This document shows positions 9,055 through 17,187 of a DNA stretch of 57,376 nt, one piece after another. The notes beneath the pieces are model-generated. The model saw only the letters and a list, made by a program, of their open reading frames with translations, did no database searches and had not been told where the DNA came from. This stretch comes from a bacterium (GTDB lineage: Bacteria; Zhuqueibacterota; Zhuqueibacteria; Oceanimicrobiales; Oceanimicrobiaceae), in assembly GCA_046758365.1 (NCBI GenBank), contig JBHIAC010000006.1:1-57376 (forward strand), in the 5' to 3' direction. How positions within the stretch are numbered: the first letter of the stretch is position 1; every line of letters starts with the position of its first letter. The translations under genes and the position numbers were made by a program.

Positions 9055-10083
9055 TCAAGTAATTCCCACCAAGTCCCCTACTACTAGCTTTAGGCCAACC
9101 ACCACCCTTGTTAAATGGTCGTAATGAATTTTATCCGGTGTGTCTTGTGCCGAATGATAGTAAGGGTAGCGAAAGGGCGCGGTGTCGGTCACCATGATTG
9201 CCGGATAACCCATTCGCCAAAAGGCCCATTGATCCGACCAGCCCACACCTGGAATGATTCTTGGCAAAGCCGCACCCTCGGATGGAAATTTGACCTGACG
9301 GCGAAACGAGGCGATGACTTCACGAACTAGTCCACGTGAAGAGAGGTTCCCGACAAAGGCAATGAAGTTTCCCGTAGAGGGGTAGAAAAATCCAATTGGA
9401 AAAGGGTAATGCTGGCTACCAGCTTCATCCATATAATAGCCAATGGTTTCCAGGCTAAGCATGGCTGCAATCTTTTCACCTTGTTTACGGCATTCTTTTG
9501 CATAAACAAAGCTCCCCATCTGGGACGTTCGGAAAAAGGGGGGCTCTTCATTTACGAACGCTACAAAACGCAGGGTCCTCGAAATCTTTTTGTCCGCGAA
9601 TGCCCTGGCCAATGCAAGCAGCGCCGCCACTCCCGTCGCATTATCATTGGCACCTGGGCTCCTGATCACAGAGTCATAGTGACCACCGATGATAATGATT
9701 TCTTTTCCTTGATCTGTTCCAGAAATTTCCACCTCCATGTTATAACAGGTTTTCCCTGCAACTTTGTAGCCTTGCCGCCGAACCTTATAGCCGGCTTTCT
9801 CAAATGATAATTCTATAAAATCTCCCGCAATGGAAAGGTTGTGGTAATTTAGCACATTACGTTCTCCGATTTCACCGGCGAGTTTTTCTACATCCTGCCG
9901 AAGCACTTCCCGCAACGCTACCTCCCTTTCGCTCAGAGGCGGTAAAGGACCGACATGACTTGTGCCCGGCATTCCGATCATTGTACATCCTAAAACATAA
10001 TTGATGAAACCGGTTATCGTAGACCCGATTATGATAAAGGTGTGGCCGAAAACTCCAATTTTTTGAAAATCACAATAGGCCAC
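9055..10083 (-). CDS. M28 family metallopeptidase
   Basis: GGHYDS, GANDNATG, NEEPP, SLETIG, SDQ, YH; start uncertain (GTG 10083 or ATG 9981; ORF open to 10239). Confidence 0.88.
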   Translation of the reverse strand: MAYCDFQKIGVFGHTFIIIGSTITGFINYVLGCTMIGMPGTSHVGPLPPLSEREVALREVLRQDVEKLAGEIGERNVLNYHNLSIAGDFIELSFEKAGYKVRRQGYKVAGKTCYNMEVEISGTDQGKEIIIIGGHYDSVIRSPGANDNATGVAALLALARAFADKKISRTLRFVAFVNEEPPFFRTSQMGSFVYAKECRKQGEKIAAMLSLETIGYYMDEAGSQHYPFPIGFFYPSTGNFIAFVGNLSSRGLVREVIASFRRQVKFPSEGAALPRIIPGVGWSDQWAFWRMGYPAIMVTDTAPFRYPYYHSAQDTPDKIHYDHLTRVVVGLKLVVGDLVGIT

Positions 10084-10292
10084 ATGGGATATACAGGACG
10101 TAGGACAGACATTCCACGTCCTAAATATCGACTTTTCAGCTACGCCTTTAGCCAGCGTAATTGATTTTTTCCCTGTCATTCTTAATTTAAAAAACAAAAT
10201 TGTGGTATTAAGAGTTGCTTTAAAATCTGAGAGGCACAAAAAACTATAAAATAAATCTGAGCAAACAAGTCTTAAAAGACAGATCTGCTTCT

Positions 10293-10414
10293 ATTTCCAA
10301 CCGCCATTGATCACGCCATACCTAAAAGCCAGAGAATTTCATTTTCTGGTTCATCTGCTCCACAATTTTCTTGTCTTTGGAGGAATAGCTTATGAAAAAA
10401 CGGGCTATGTTCAT
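10293..10414 (-). pseudogene. TIR-domain gene remnant 2 (N-terminus only, internal TAG)
   Basis: ATG 10414 overlaps the MNT stop (ATGA): MNIARFFISYSSKDKKIVEQMNQKMKFSGF*VWRDQWRLE; paralogous to remnant 1. Confidence 0.72.
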
Positions 10415-10684
10415 TCTAAGACTTTAGAAGCTTCGTAAATTACTTCCCCGGTGCGTTTAATTTCATGCAGCATGGTCCCTGACTCGGGATTCTCGTATTC
10501 TTCAGGAGTATATCCCAAAGGCTCGATGGGGTCGTAAATATCATCGAAGGCCATACCAAGAAATTCCTGCCTTTCGCGGATACCCTGGCCACGAAAGAAT
10601 GGAGAGATGACGGCAATGTCAATGTCACTATGTTCGCTCGCTTGACCATTAACATAAGAGCCATACAAAATGACATGCTCTATA
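10411..10684 (-). pseudogene. minimal nucleotidyltransferase (MNT) antitoxin, N-terminally truncated
   Basis: IEHVILYGSYVNGQASEHSDIDIAVIS carries the GS...DxD motif; no proper start or N-terminal helix; joined to a HEPN remnant. Confidence 0.75.
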
Positions 10685-10783
10685 AAAACACAACGTAGAT
10701 ATAAAGTCCGGTTTGAAACATGTATTGTGCCGTCTCAATGTCATATTCGGAAGTCGCAATCCATTTTTAGTCGTTTTCTTCAT
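10680..10783 (-). pseudogene. HEPN-domain toxin, N-terminal remnant
   Basis: ATG 10783 MKKTTK, frameshift, then WIATSEYDIETAQYMFQTGLYIYVVF, the typical first HEPN helix; sequence then switches to MNT. Confidence 0.7.
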
Positions 10784-10790
10784 ATTAATA

Positions 10791-10819
10791 AAAATACGTA
10801 GCTCTTTACAAAAAGTCAA
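10791..10819 (-). promoter_or_regulatory. sigma70-type promoter, probably leaderless, for the HEPN-MNT remnant
   Basis: TTGACT-N17-TATTTT, with ATG 7 nt after the -10 box. Confidence 0.5.
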
Positions 10820-10964
10820 GTATTGAAATGCGATTGGAAATGTATCCTTTTATAAAACTAAAATTTGAAATATTCTAAAGTTAATTAAAGGTTTAACATA
10901 GTATATTTCTTAAGGGAACTATATAGGATTTATAAGGTATTAATTAGCAACTTTTTTAATTTTC

Positions 10965-11072
10965 AGGCTGCTGCAAAATAGGGTGTACAACCTATAGGGT
11001 GAGATTGTCATAGGCAGGCTGAAGCCTGTATACCCATTCTGAGCATGCTTTAATTTAATTTTGCAGAAATCT
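10965..11072. repeat. MITE/REP-like element, copy A
   Basis: Terminal inverted repeats aggctgctgcaaaata / aattttgcagaaatct, internal inverted pair gggtgtaca...tgtataccc; second copy at 57319-57376. Confidence 0.7.
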
Positions 11073-11100
11073 ATTTTTACTTTTAATTAAGGAGGGTAAT

Positions 11101-12552
11101 GTGGGTAAGCAAATTTTATCAAAACTCTTTTCTCTTTTTTTCATCTCTGTCATTTTCCAATTTTTTATCTCCTGCTATACCAATCCAGTGACGGGTAAGA
11201 AGGAATTGAGCTTAATGAGCTATGAGGATGAAATTAGACTTGGTACTGAGGCGGACAAAGAAATCGTGGCGGCCTATGGGCTCTATGACGATCCCAAAGT
11301 TGCGGATTACGTAAATCAATTGGGTCAAGAGATGGTAATAATTTCTCACCGTCCTAATTTGAAATATCATTTTCGAGTGTTAGACAGTCCCGTCATCAAT
11401 GCATTTGCCCTCCCAGGGGGCTTTGTCTATATCACTCGAGGCATTTTAGCTTACATGAATTCCGAAGCAGAATTGGCCGGGGTTGTGGGTCATGAGATTG
11501 GACATATTACCGCTCGGCACAGTGCTAAGCAGTACACCCGCGCTCAGCTTGCCCAAATTGGATTAGGCTTGGGAAGTACCTTCTCCCAACAGTTTCGTCG
11601 CTTTAGTGATGTGGCTCAACTTGGTGTGGGATTGCTTTTTTTAAAATTCAGCCGTGATCAAGAACGGCAGTCCGATCAATTGGGAATAGAATATTCCAGC
11701 CGAATCAGCTATGATGCCGTCCACATGTCTAAATTTTTTGGTACACTCCACAGAATGCGAGAACAAAGCGGTCAAGATTTGCCCGGTTGGTTTTCAACTC
11801 ACCCAGATCCAGAAGACCGCCAAGCTACCACGATAAGACTGGCTAAGGAATGGCAGCAGAAACTTCCATCTTACAAGTTTAAAGTGCAACGAGATCGATA
11901 TATACAAATTATTGATGGCATCATTTTCGGGGATGATCCACGCCAGGGATTTATTGATAAAGGATATTTTTACCATCCAACTCTAGATTTCCAATTTCCA
12001 ATTCCAGCGAATTGGCAGTTGATCAATACGCCTCAACAGGTTCAAATCGTAAATAAAAATCAGGATGCAGCAATTTTATTTACCCTTTCGCAAGAACCCA
12101 GCGCCCGTAAAGCCGCCGATAAGTTTTTAGCCAATACCCAAGGTCGATTAATTCAATCGGATTATACTAAGATAAATAGACTCAATGCAGAAATCAGAGT
12201 TACGGATGTTGAGCAACAGCAGGGAACGCTCAGGGTGCTTTCTTATTTTATTGAAAAAGATAGAAAGATATATGTATTCCATGGTTTCTGCTCGAAAGCA
12301 AAATATATCAGTAATCTCAATGTCTTTAAATACACGATGAGGAATTTTGATCGACTAAAAAATCGAGCCGCCAAAAATGTTAAACCAACCCGGGTTAAGA
12401 TCGTCAAAGTTACCAGAGATGGTACATTAAAAGATGTGCTTAAGCGATATCCAAAAGGAAAGTTAACGGTTGAGCAGTTAGCTATTTTAAATGGGATGAA
12501 ATTGACAGATATTGTAAGACCAGGGGATAGGATTAAAGTTTTAGCCAAGTGA
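11101..12552 (+). CDS. M48 family zinc metalloprotease lipoprotein with C-terminal LysM-like domain
   Basis: Lipobox-like ISC, NAFALPGG, HEIGH, FSRDQERQSD, STHP; RBS AAGGAGG before GTG. Confidence 0.9.
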   Translation: MGKQILSKLFSLFFISVIFQFFISCYTNPVTGKKELSLMSYEDEIRLGTEADKEIVAAYGLYDDPKVADYVNQLGQEMVIISHRPNLKYHFRVLDSPVINAFALPGGFVYITRGILAYMNSEAELAGVVGHEIGHITARHSAKQYTRAQLAQIGLGLGSTFSQQFRRFSDVAQLGVGLLFLKFSRDQERQSDQLGIEYSSRISYDAVHMSKFFGTLHRMREQSGQDLPGWFSTHPDPEDRQATTIRLAKEWQQKLPSYKFKVQRDRYIQIIDGIIFGDDPRQGFIDKGYFYHPTLDFQFPIPANWQLINTPQQVQIVNKNQDAAILFTLSQEPSARKAADKFLANTQGRLIQSDYTKINRLNAEIRVTDVEQQQGTLRVLSYFIEKDRKIYVFHGFCSKAKYISNLNVFKYTMRNFDRLKNRAAKNVKPTRVKIVKVTRDGTLKDVLKRYPKGKLTVEQLAILNGMKLTDIVRPGDRIKVLAK

Positions 12553-12578
12553 CACAAATGTGAAGATATGTAATAAAA

Positions 12579-12634
12579 TCACAATTTGTGATACCAAAGT
12601 TCAACTTGACAAAAATCCCGTTATTGCGTATCAT
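12579..12634 (+). promoter_or_regulatory. TCACA-N3-TGTGA palindrome plus sigma70 promoter
   Basis: TCACAATTTGTGA at 12579-12591; TTGACA-N17-TATCAT at 12606-12634. Confidence 0.55.
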
Positions 12635-12711
12635 TGAACCAGTAGTAAATAAAGGAGAGAAGGTAATACTATATTTCACCCAAGGAAACAATTAAAGTGA
12701 ATGGAGACCTA

Positions 12712-13305
12712 ATGGAATTCTTACAAGACATTAGATGGATACTTGTTGCGGCTGGTGTGCTTTTGGTGGTTGCTTCAATTTTTGGAGGCGGTTTAGAGAT
12801 TAAAGAAATCAAAATCCCTCAACTTCATAAAGGAGCGCGTATCCTCTCCGCAGTAGTTGGAATAGGATTTCTTGTTTTAGGACTAAGGCAAGCAACTGAT
12901 GAAACCGGACGTGCGATAGAGGACTTTAAAATTACTATTGATAATCCCCAACAAGGTACAGAGGTTTCTCCTGAGATTCTAGCAGATGGAAGATTACGCA
13001 TTACTCTGAGAGGGACCTTAAATCCACCAGTACATACAGGGGTGTTGTGGATAATCAGTAAAAATGTGGATCAAGAGCATTACGTAGAGAATAAACTTTT
13101 ACCTGCACCTAAGAAGGATTGGGAGGAATCGCTCGTATTTGGTCCTGCCTGGAAGGGACAAGTTGCTAAGATACTCATCATCAAGACAAAAAAAGCCTTA
13201 GATTCAGACGTTAAAACAGGCGAGCCCACTACGTTGCCCTCAGATGCAAAGACTCTTGCAGAGACAAGCTTCAAAATTATTGATCCGCTCAAAGCCATCA
13301 AATAG
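12712..13305 (+). CDS. hypothetical membrane-anchored protein
   Basis: Two N-terminal hydrophobic segments around GGGLEIKEIKIP, followed by a beta-rich domain; RBS GGAG before ATG 12712 (alternative GTG 12697). Confidence 0.7.
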   Translation: MEFLQDIRWILVAAGVLLVVASIFGGGLEIKEIKIPQLHKGARILSAVVGIGFLVLGLRQATDETGRAIEDFKITIDNPQQGTEVSPEILADGRLRITLRGTLNPPVHTGVLWIISKNVDQEHYVENKLLPAPKKDWEESLVFGPAWKGQVAKILIIKTKKALDSDVKTGEPTTLPSDAKTLAETSFKIIDPLKAIK

Positions 13306-13322
13306 AATGCCTAAAACGAAGT

Positions 13323-13544
13323 ATGCGTGTTCCAACCTGGGTGCCTTGTCGTTTACAGTTTTACTTCAATGGGCATCAACTTTTGGCTTGGCGACTCCGG
13401 AATGAAGGAAGCGATTTCAGTCTGAAAGATGGTGCCTTTTTGAATATTTCGGATATCGCACGTGCTCAAAAGCTTGCCGAATACCTTGACGCGGAGGAAC
13501 TCCACAAAAAGTTAGATGTGTTTGCGAAATATTATTTCTGGTAA
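13323..13544 (+). pseudogene. internal fragment of a putative mobile-element (transposase-like) protein
   Basis: RVPTWxPxRLQFYFNGH...DxAF...AQxLA...LHxxLD resembles an internal segment of a larger, widespread mobile-element-associated family; recognised from memory only. Confidence 0.45.
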
Positions 13545-13695
13545 TCACAACTCGATTGTTCAGGACATTCATCCTGAACAAAAAGTAACATTGGGACTTC
13601 GGTCTCCCTCCACAGCAAAGATGAAACGGTCTTGCAGACCAATGGGGCTATATATCCCAAAACAAACTTCCACTCACATGGCTATACTGAGTGAT

Positions 13696-14730
13696 CTATT
13701 TTGACTTCTTTAATTGTTTATTTACTTTGGCTAACTGAATCAGTAGGGATTCCAATTTTCTGAAATATTCATCAGATTTCATCTGCTTTTTTTGGGCTTT
13801 TAAATCTTCGATTTCTTGTTCTAAGTGAAATTTCTTTAATCGCAGACTATCTACGGGTGAGTAGGTGCCAGTTTTCACTTTCTCAAATGTTGCTTCTAAT
13901 TCAGAAGAAATAGGACCGAGGTAAACCCGACTAGCCCATAAACCATCAGTTCCGTTATCTAACTCCTGTGTGCCTTTACCATCGCCATTGTCATCTAAGA
14001 GTGGGTGTTCAGCTCTTAGCCTTCTTTTTTCTTCATACCAGGTGTCTTGATTTGCCTTAGCAAACTTGAAGGCCTCAAACAAGCTAATGCGATTATCTTT
14101 GTTAAAATCGGCTTCTTCTGTGGCCAGGGCATCCAAAAAGAAATCCGCAAAAGTTGTCGCGTGGTACTCAGCACCGCTTTTCGTGGCGGTAATTATGACT
14201 CTCTCTTTACCACTCAATTTTTCAATAAAAGGCCCGCTGGCACTGGTTGTATTCACAATAATGATTTTCTTGGTCGGAATTTCCGCCAAAAGTCGTGCAA
14301 AATCTATGTCTCTCAAATCAGGCCCTACCAAATTAAATTTACTCCAGTCGCCGTCATAAGTGCCGTGTCCTACCATAAAAATAAACAGTTGATCTTTAGG
14401 TGTCATAGTTTTGGCCAATTGATTAAATAATCGTCGAACATTGACGGCCGTGGCTCTGTATTGAATTTTCAATGAATCGTAAGAAGGGACTTCAAATAAA
14501 TAAAAGATATTTTCCCGCTTATATTCTAACGTATCCACAAGAATGTTATACATTCGACGGGTCTGAGAATAATATTTTTTGGTAAACTCTTCCTGACCGC
14601 CAATACCGCCGAGGATTACAGCGTATCTTTCACCCAAGGGGAGGTTAAATTGCGCCCATGCTAAGGAATTGTACCCAAAAAAGATTAATTGAGCTACGAC
14701 AAAAAATCTTTTAATATTCGTGCCTGTCAT
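13696..14730 (-). CDS. exported caspase/C13-fold protein with C-terminal coiled coil
   Basis: Signal peptide (SLAWA), FMVGHG, NTTSASGPF, IITAT; last gene of the MoxR cluster. Confidence 0.65.
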   Translation of the reverse strand: MTGTNIKRFFVVAQLIFFGYNSLAWAQFNLPLGERYAVILGGIGGQEEFTKKYYSQTRRMYNILVDTLEYKRENIFYLFEVPSYDSLKIQYRATAVNVRRLFNQLAKTMTPKDQLFIFMVGHGTYDGDWSKFNLVGPDLRDIDFARLLAEIPTKKIIIVNTTSASGPFIEKLSGKERVIITATKSGAEYHATTFADFFLDALATEEADFNKDNRISLFEAFKFAKANQDTWYEEKRRLRAEHPLLDDNGDGKGTQELDNGTDGLWASRVYLGPISSELEATFEKVKTGTYSPVDSLRLKKFHLEQEIEDLKAQKKQMKSDEYFRKLESLLIQLAKVNKQLKKSK

Positions 14731-14858
14731 AATTTTAGGTAAAAGGTATAAGTAAACATAACGGCTTTCCTTGTGCCTTATACCATCTACCTTCTACAAT
14801 ATTCCCTATTCTTAGAAATTCCCAGATATTTTAATTTTGAGGAGTCTATATGCTATTT

Positions 14859-17147
14859 TCAAGATAAACCTTTGCTCCTGCGAACATACCATTCTATTGA
14901 CAAAATCAATATCACTAATAAGAACAGCAACGGCATATCCCACAAATCGTATTCAACCATTTTGGAGTAACTGCTTTGGATAACCGAAATTTCGTCTGGC
15001 AGGCGTTCCGCTTCCTTTTCGTGATAATAGACTCCTCCACTTAATTCTGCAATCCTTTTTAACAAGGTATTTTGGAGATGGGCATTGGCAAATTCCACTT
15101 TGGACTCTTCCACAAAAAAGGCTGACTCTGTCTTACCAAGGAAGTCCCCTTTCGATGAATAGGTCATGATTTCTACTAGATATAATCCTTCTTTGTCAGG
15201 ATGATAAGCTCCCATATATTCAACTTTCCCATTAGATGACCAATTAAACGGAATCTCTACCAAATTTCCGGAAGGCGTTGTAATATGAGCTTTTATGGTG
15301 GCATCCTCAATGGGTGTGAAGGTGCTGTCCCTAATATCCACTTTTAAAGTAACCTGTTCGTTGGGGATGTAAATTTCCTTGTCTAAATTAAGTTCCACAG
15401 GTTTAGGAGATGAAAGAGCGAGCCAGCGCAGCATCTGCCGCCAAAATCTCTCATGACTCCTATCATCGTGGTGCATACCCATTTGCCAGTGCCACGAACT
15501 GGAGTTGGCAAATATCATGGTTCTTCCCTTACCATATCGCTGAAGAGCAAGAATAATTTTGGGATTTTCAAGTTTACTTAAAGGATGTAGTGCTAACACC
15601 GTGGCACCAGGTTTAGCCCTCCCTAAAGGATTGTAGCCTACTAATTCCGGCAGTTTTTCCCACATTGATTTATTTTCAGATTCCACGGAAGATAACTGCA
15701 GGATGGGATGATGCAGACCCTCTGGTGTCAGAGCCAGTTTGAATTTTTCACGAAATGAAGCGGGTATTTGAGTTGCTAAGCCATTCTGGAATGGAAGCAC
15801 CACAGGCAGCAATTTTTCAATAGGCGTTACCTGGTATCCGCCCTGTGCAAAAGAATACCCGCCTCCAAGCATTAAAAATCCTCCTCCACGTTGGGAAACG
15901 AAATCCAAAGTATTTTCTAATTCCTTCTCACTAAAGAATTCTGATTCAATACTCCCAAATATAATCGCTTCATATTCAAAAAGCTCCTTTTTGGTTTTTG
16001 GGTAGCCGTCTTTCAGTTCATTTTGATTCTTGATTCCTTGGCGATAAAATTTGTCCGGTCCTGTCCTCAATAGAGAAATAAGTTCTATGCTTTCATCGCC
16101 ATCCAGGGCGCGACGTAGATATTTAAATTCAGTTCGAGGATACCCCTCGATATACAGAATTCTTGCCCGCTTATTTCTATTATCAATTAAAAAACTTTTG
16201 ATGTTATTTTCTTTGATAAATTCATTTTCTTGAGGGATTAAATTGAGGGTATAGTGTACAAATCCTTTATTCTGAGGCGAAAATTTTATACTGGTACGCG
16301 TGCCGGTACCTTGCAATTGCACGGTCTGTTTTTTTACTGGTAGGCTTCCTTCTTTTAATTCTAATTCAACAGTCTGGTTTTCAAAGCTTTTATTTTTAAT
16401 TAGTGCAGAAACTTCTACCACAGAATTTTCAATGACTGATTGGTTAGCCACCACTTTAGAGAGCTCGATATCCTGGAAATTCACACTCCCAACTCCTACT
16501 ACATAGATGGGTAGATTGCTGTTTTGCAGTAACGCAGCAGCCTCTAAAGGATCTTCTTCTCCATTATCTGCACCATCGGTGAAAAGTACTACGGCTGCTG
16601 TAGCGCCATGGGCACCATATTCATGGGCGAAGTTCAAACTCTTAGCCAATTGGGTAGAGACACCTTGAGCTGAAATATTCTCTGCATCTTTTAAAGACTC
16701 TACCTCCGATGAAAATTTGTACAATTGAATTTTAAAATTTTTTCGAAGTTTTTCTAAAAGACCAGGTTTTGTATTTTTACCGAGTAGATTTGTAACAAAT
16801 TGTTCTCTTGTAATTTGACCCTGGGCATCTTTAATAGTCATACTTTTAGAATCATCCACGAGTAAAATAAGAGAACTTTTACGAGGAATGATAGTAGAAA
16901 CGTTAATCACAGGTTCCAAAAGGACAGCGAGTAGAATTGCAATTGCTATGAACTTCAAACCTAATAAACTGCCTTTAAAAAAGCGATTGATTCTAAGCGT
17001 CGTTTCTCTGTAAATTAACCAGAGGACTATTAAAAAAACAACAATGGTTCCCAGTAACGCAAAAATAGATGGTAAAAATTTATAAGCAATCTTTCCTTCA
17101 GAAAAAACGACTGGGCTATATTTTAATAAAAATTCAAACATTTTCAA
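14859..17147 (-). CDS. membrane protein with VWA and class I glutamine amidotransferase-like domains
   Basis: N-terminal TM helices, MIDAS DDSKSM and FTDG, GGGFLMLGG, YGKGR, C-terminal TM ending EWYVRR. Confidence 0.8.
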   Translation of the reverse strand: MKMFEFLLKYSPVVFSEGKIAYKFLPSIFALLGTIVVFLIVLWLIYRETTLRINRFFKGSLLGLKFIAIAILLAVLLEPVINVSTIIPRKSSLILLVDDSKSMTIKDAQGQITREQFVTNLLGKNTKPGLLEKLRKNFKIQLYKFSSEVESLKDAENISAQGVSTQLAKSLNFAHEYGAHGATAAVVLFTDGADNGEEDPLEAAALLQNSNLPIYVVGVGSVNFQDIELSKVVANQSVIENSVVEVSALIKNKSFENQTVELELKEGSLPVKKQTVQLQGTGTRTSIKFSPQNKGFVHYTLNLIPQENEFIKENNIKSFLIDNRNKRARILYIEGYPRTEFKYLRRALDGDESIELISLLRTGPDKFYRQGIKNQNELKDGYPKTKKELFEYEAIIFGSIESEFFSEKELENTLDFVSQRGGGFLMLGGGYSFAQGGYQVTPIEKLLPVVLPFQNGLATQIPASFREKFKLALTPEGLHHPILQLSSVESENKSMWEKLPELVGYNPLGRAKPGATVLALHPLSKLENPKIILALQRYGKGRTMIFANSSSWHWQMGMHHDDRSHERFWRQMLRWLALSSPKPVELNLDKEIYIPNEQVTLKVDIRDSTFTPIEDATIKAHITTPSGNLVEIPFNWSSNGKVEYMGAYHPDKEGLYLVEIMTYSSKGDFLGKTESAFFVEESKVEFANAHLQNTLLKRIAELSGGVYYHEKEAERLPDEISVIQSSYSKMVEYDLWDMPLLFLLVILILSIEWYVRRSKGLS

Positions 17148-17187
17148 GTTTCAGTATTTTTGCATCAAACATCCGGTTTCTTACATT

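Noticed and set aside
12579..12591. CRP/FNR site
   Set aside because: Half-sites are in the reverse order (TCACA before TGTGA) with 3-bp rather than 6-bp spacing
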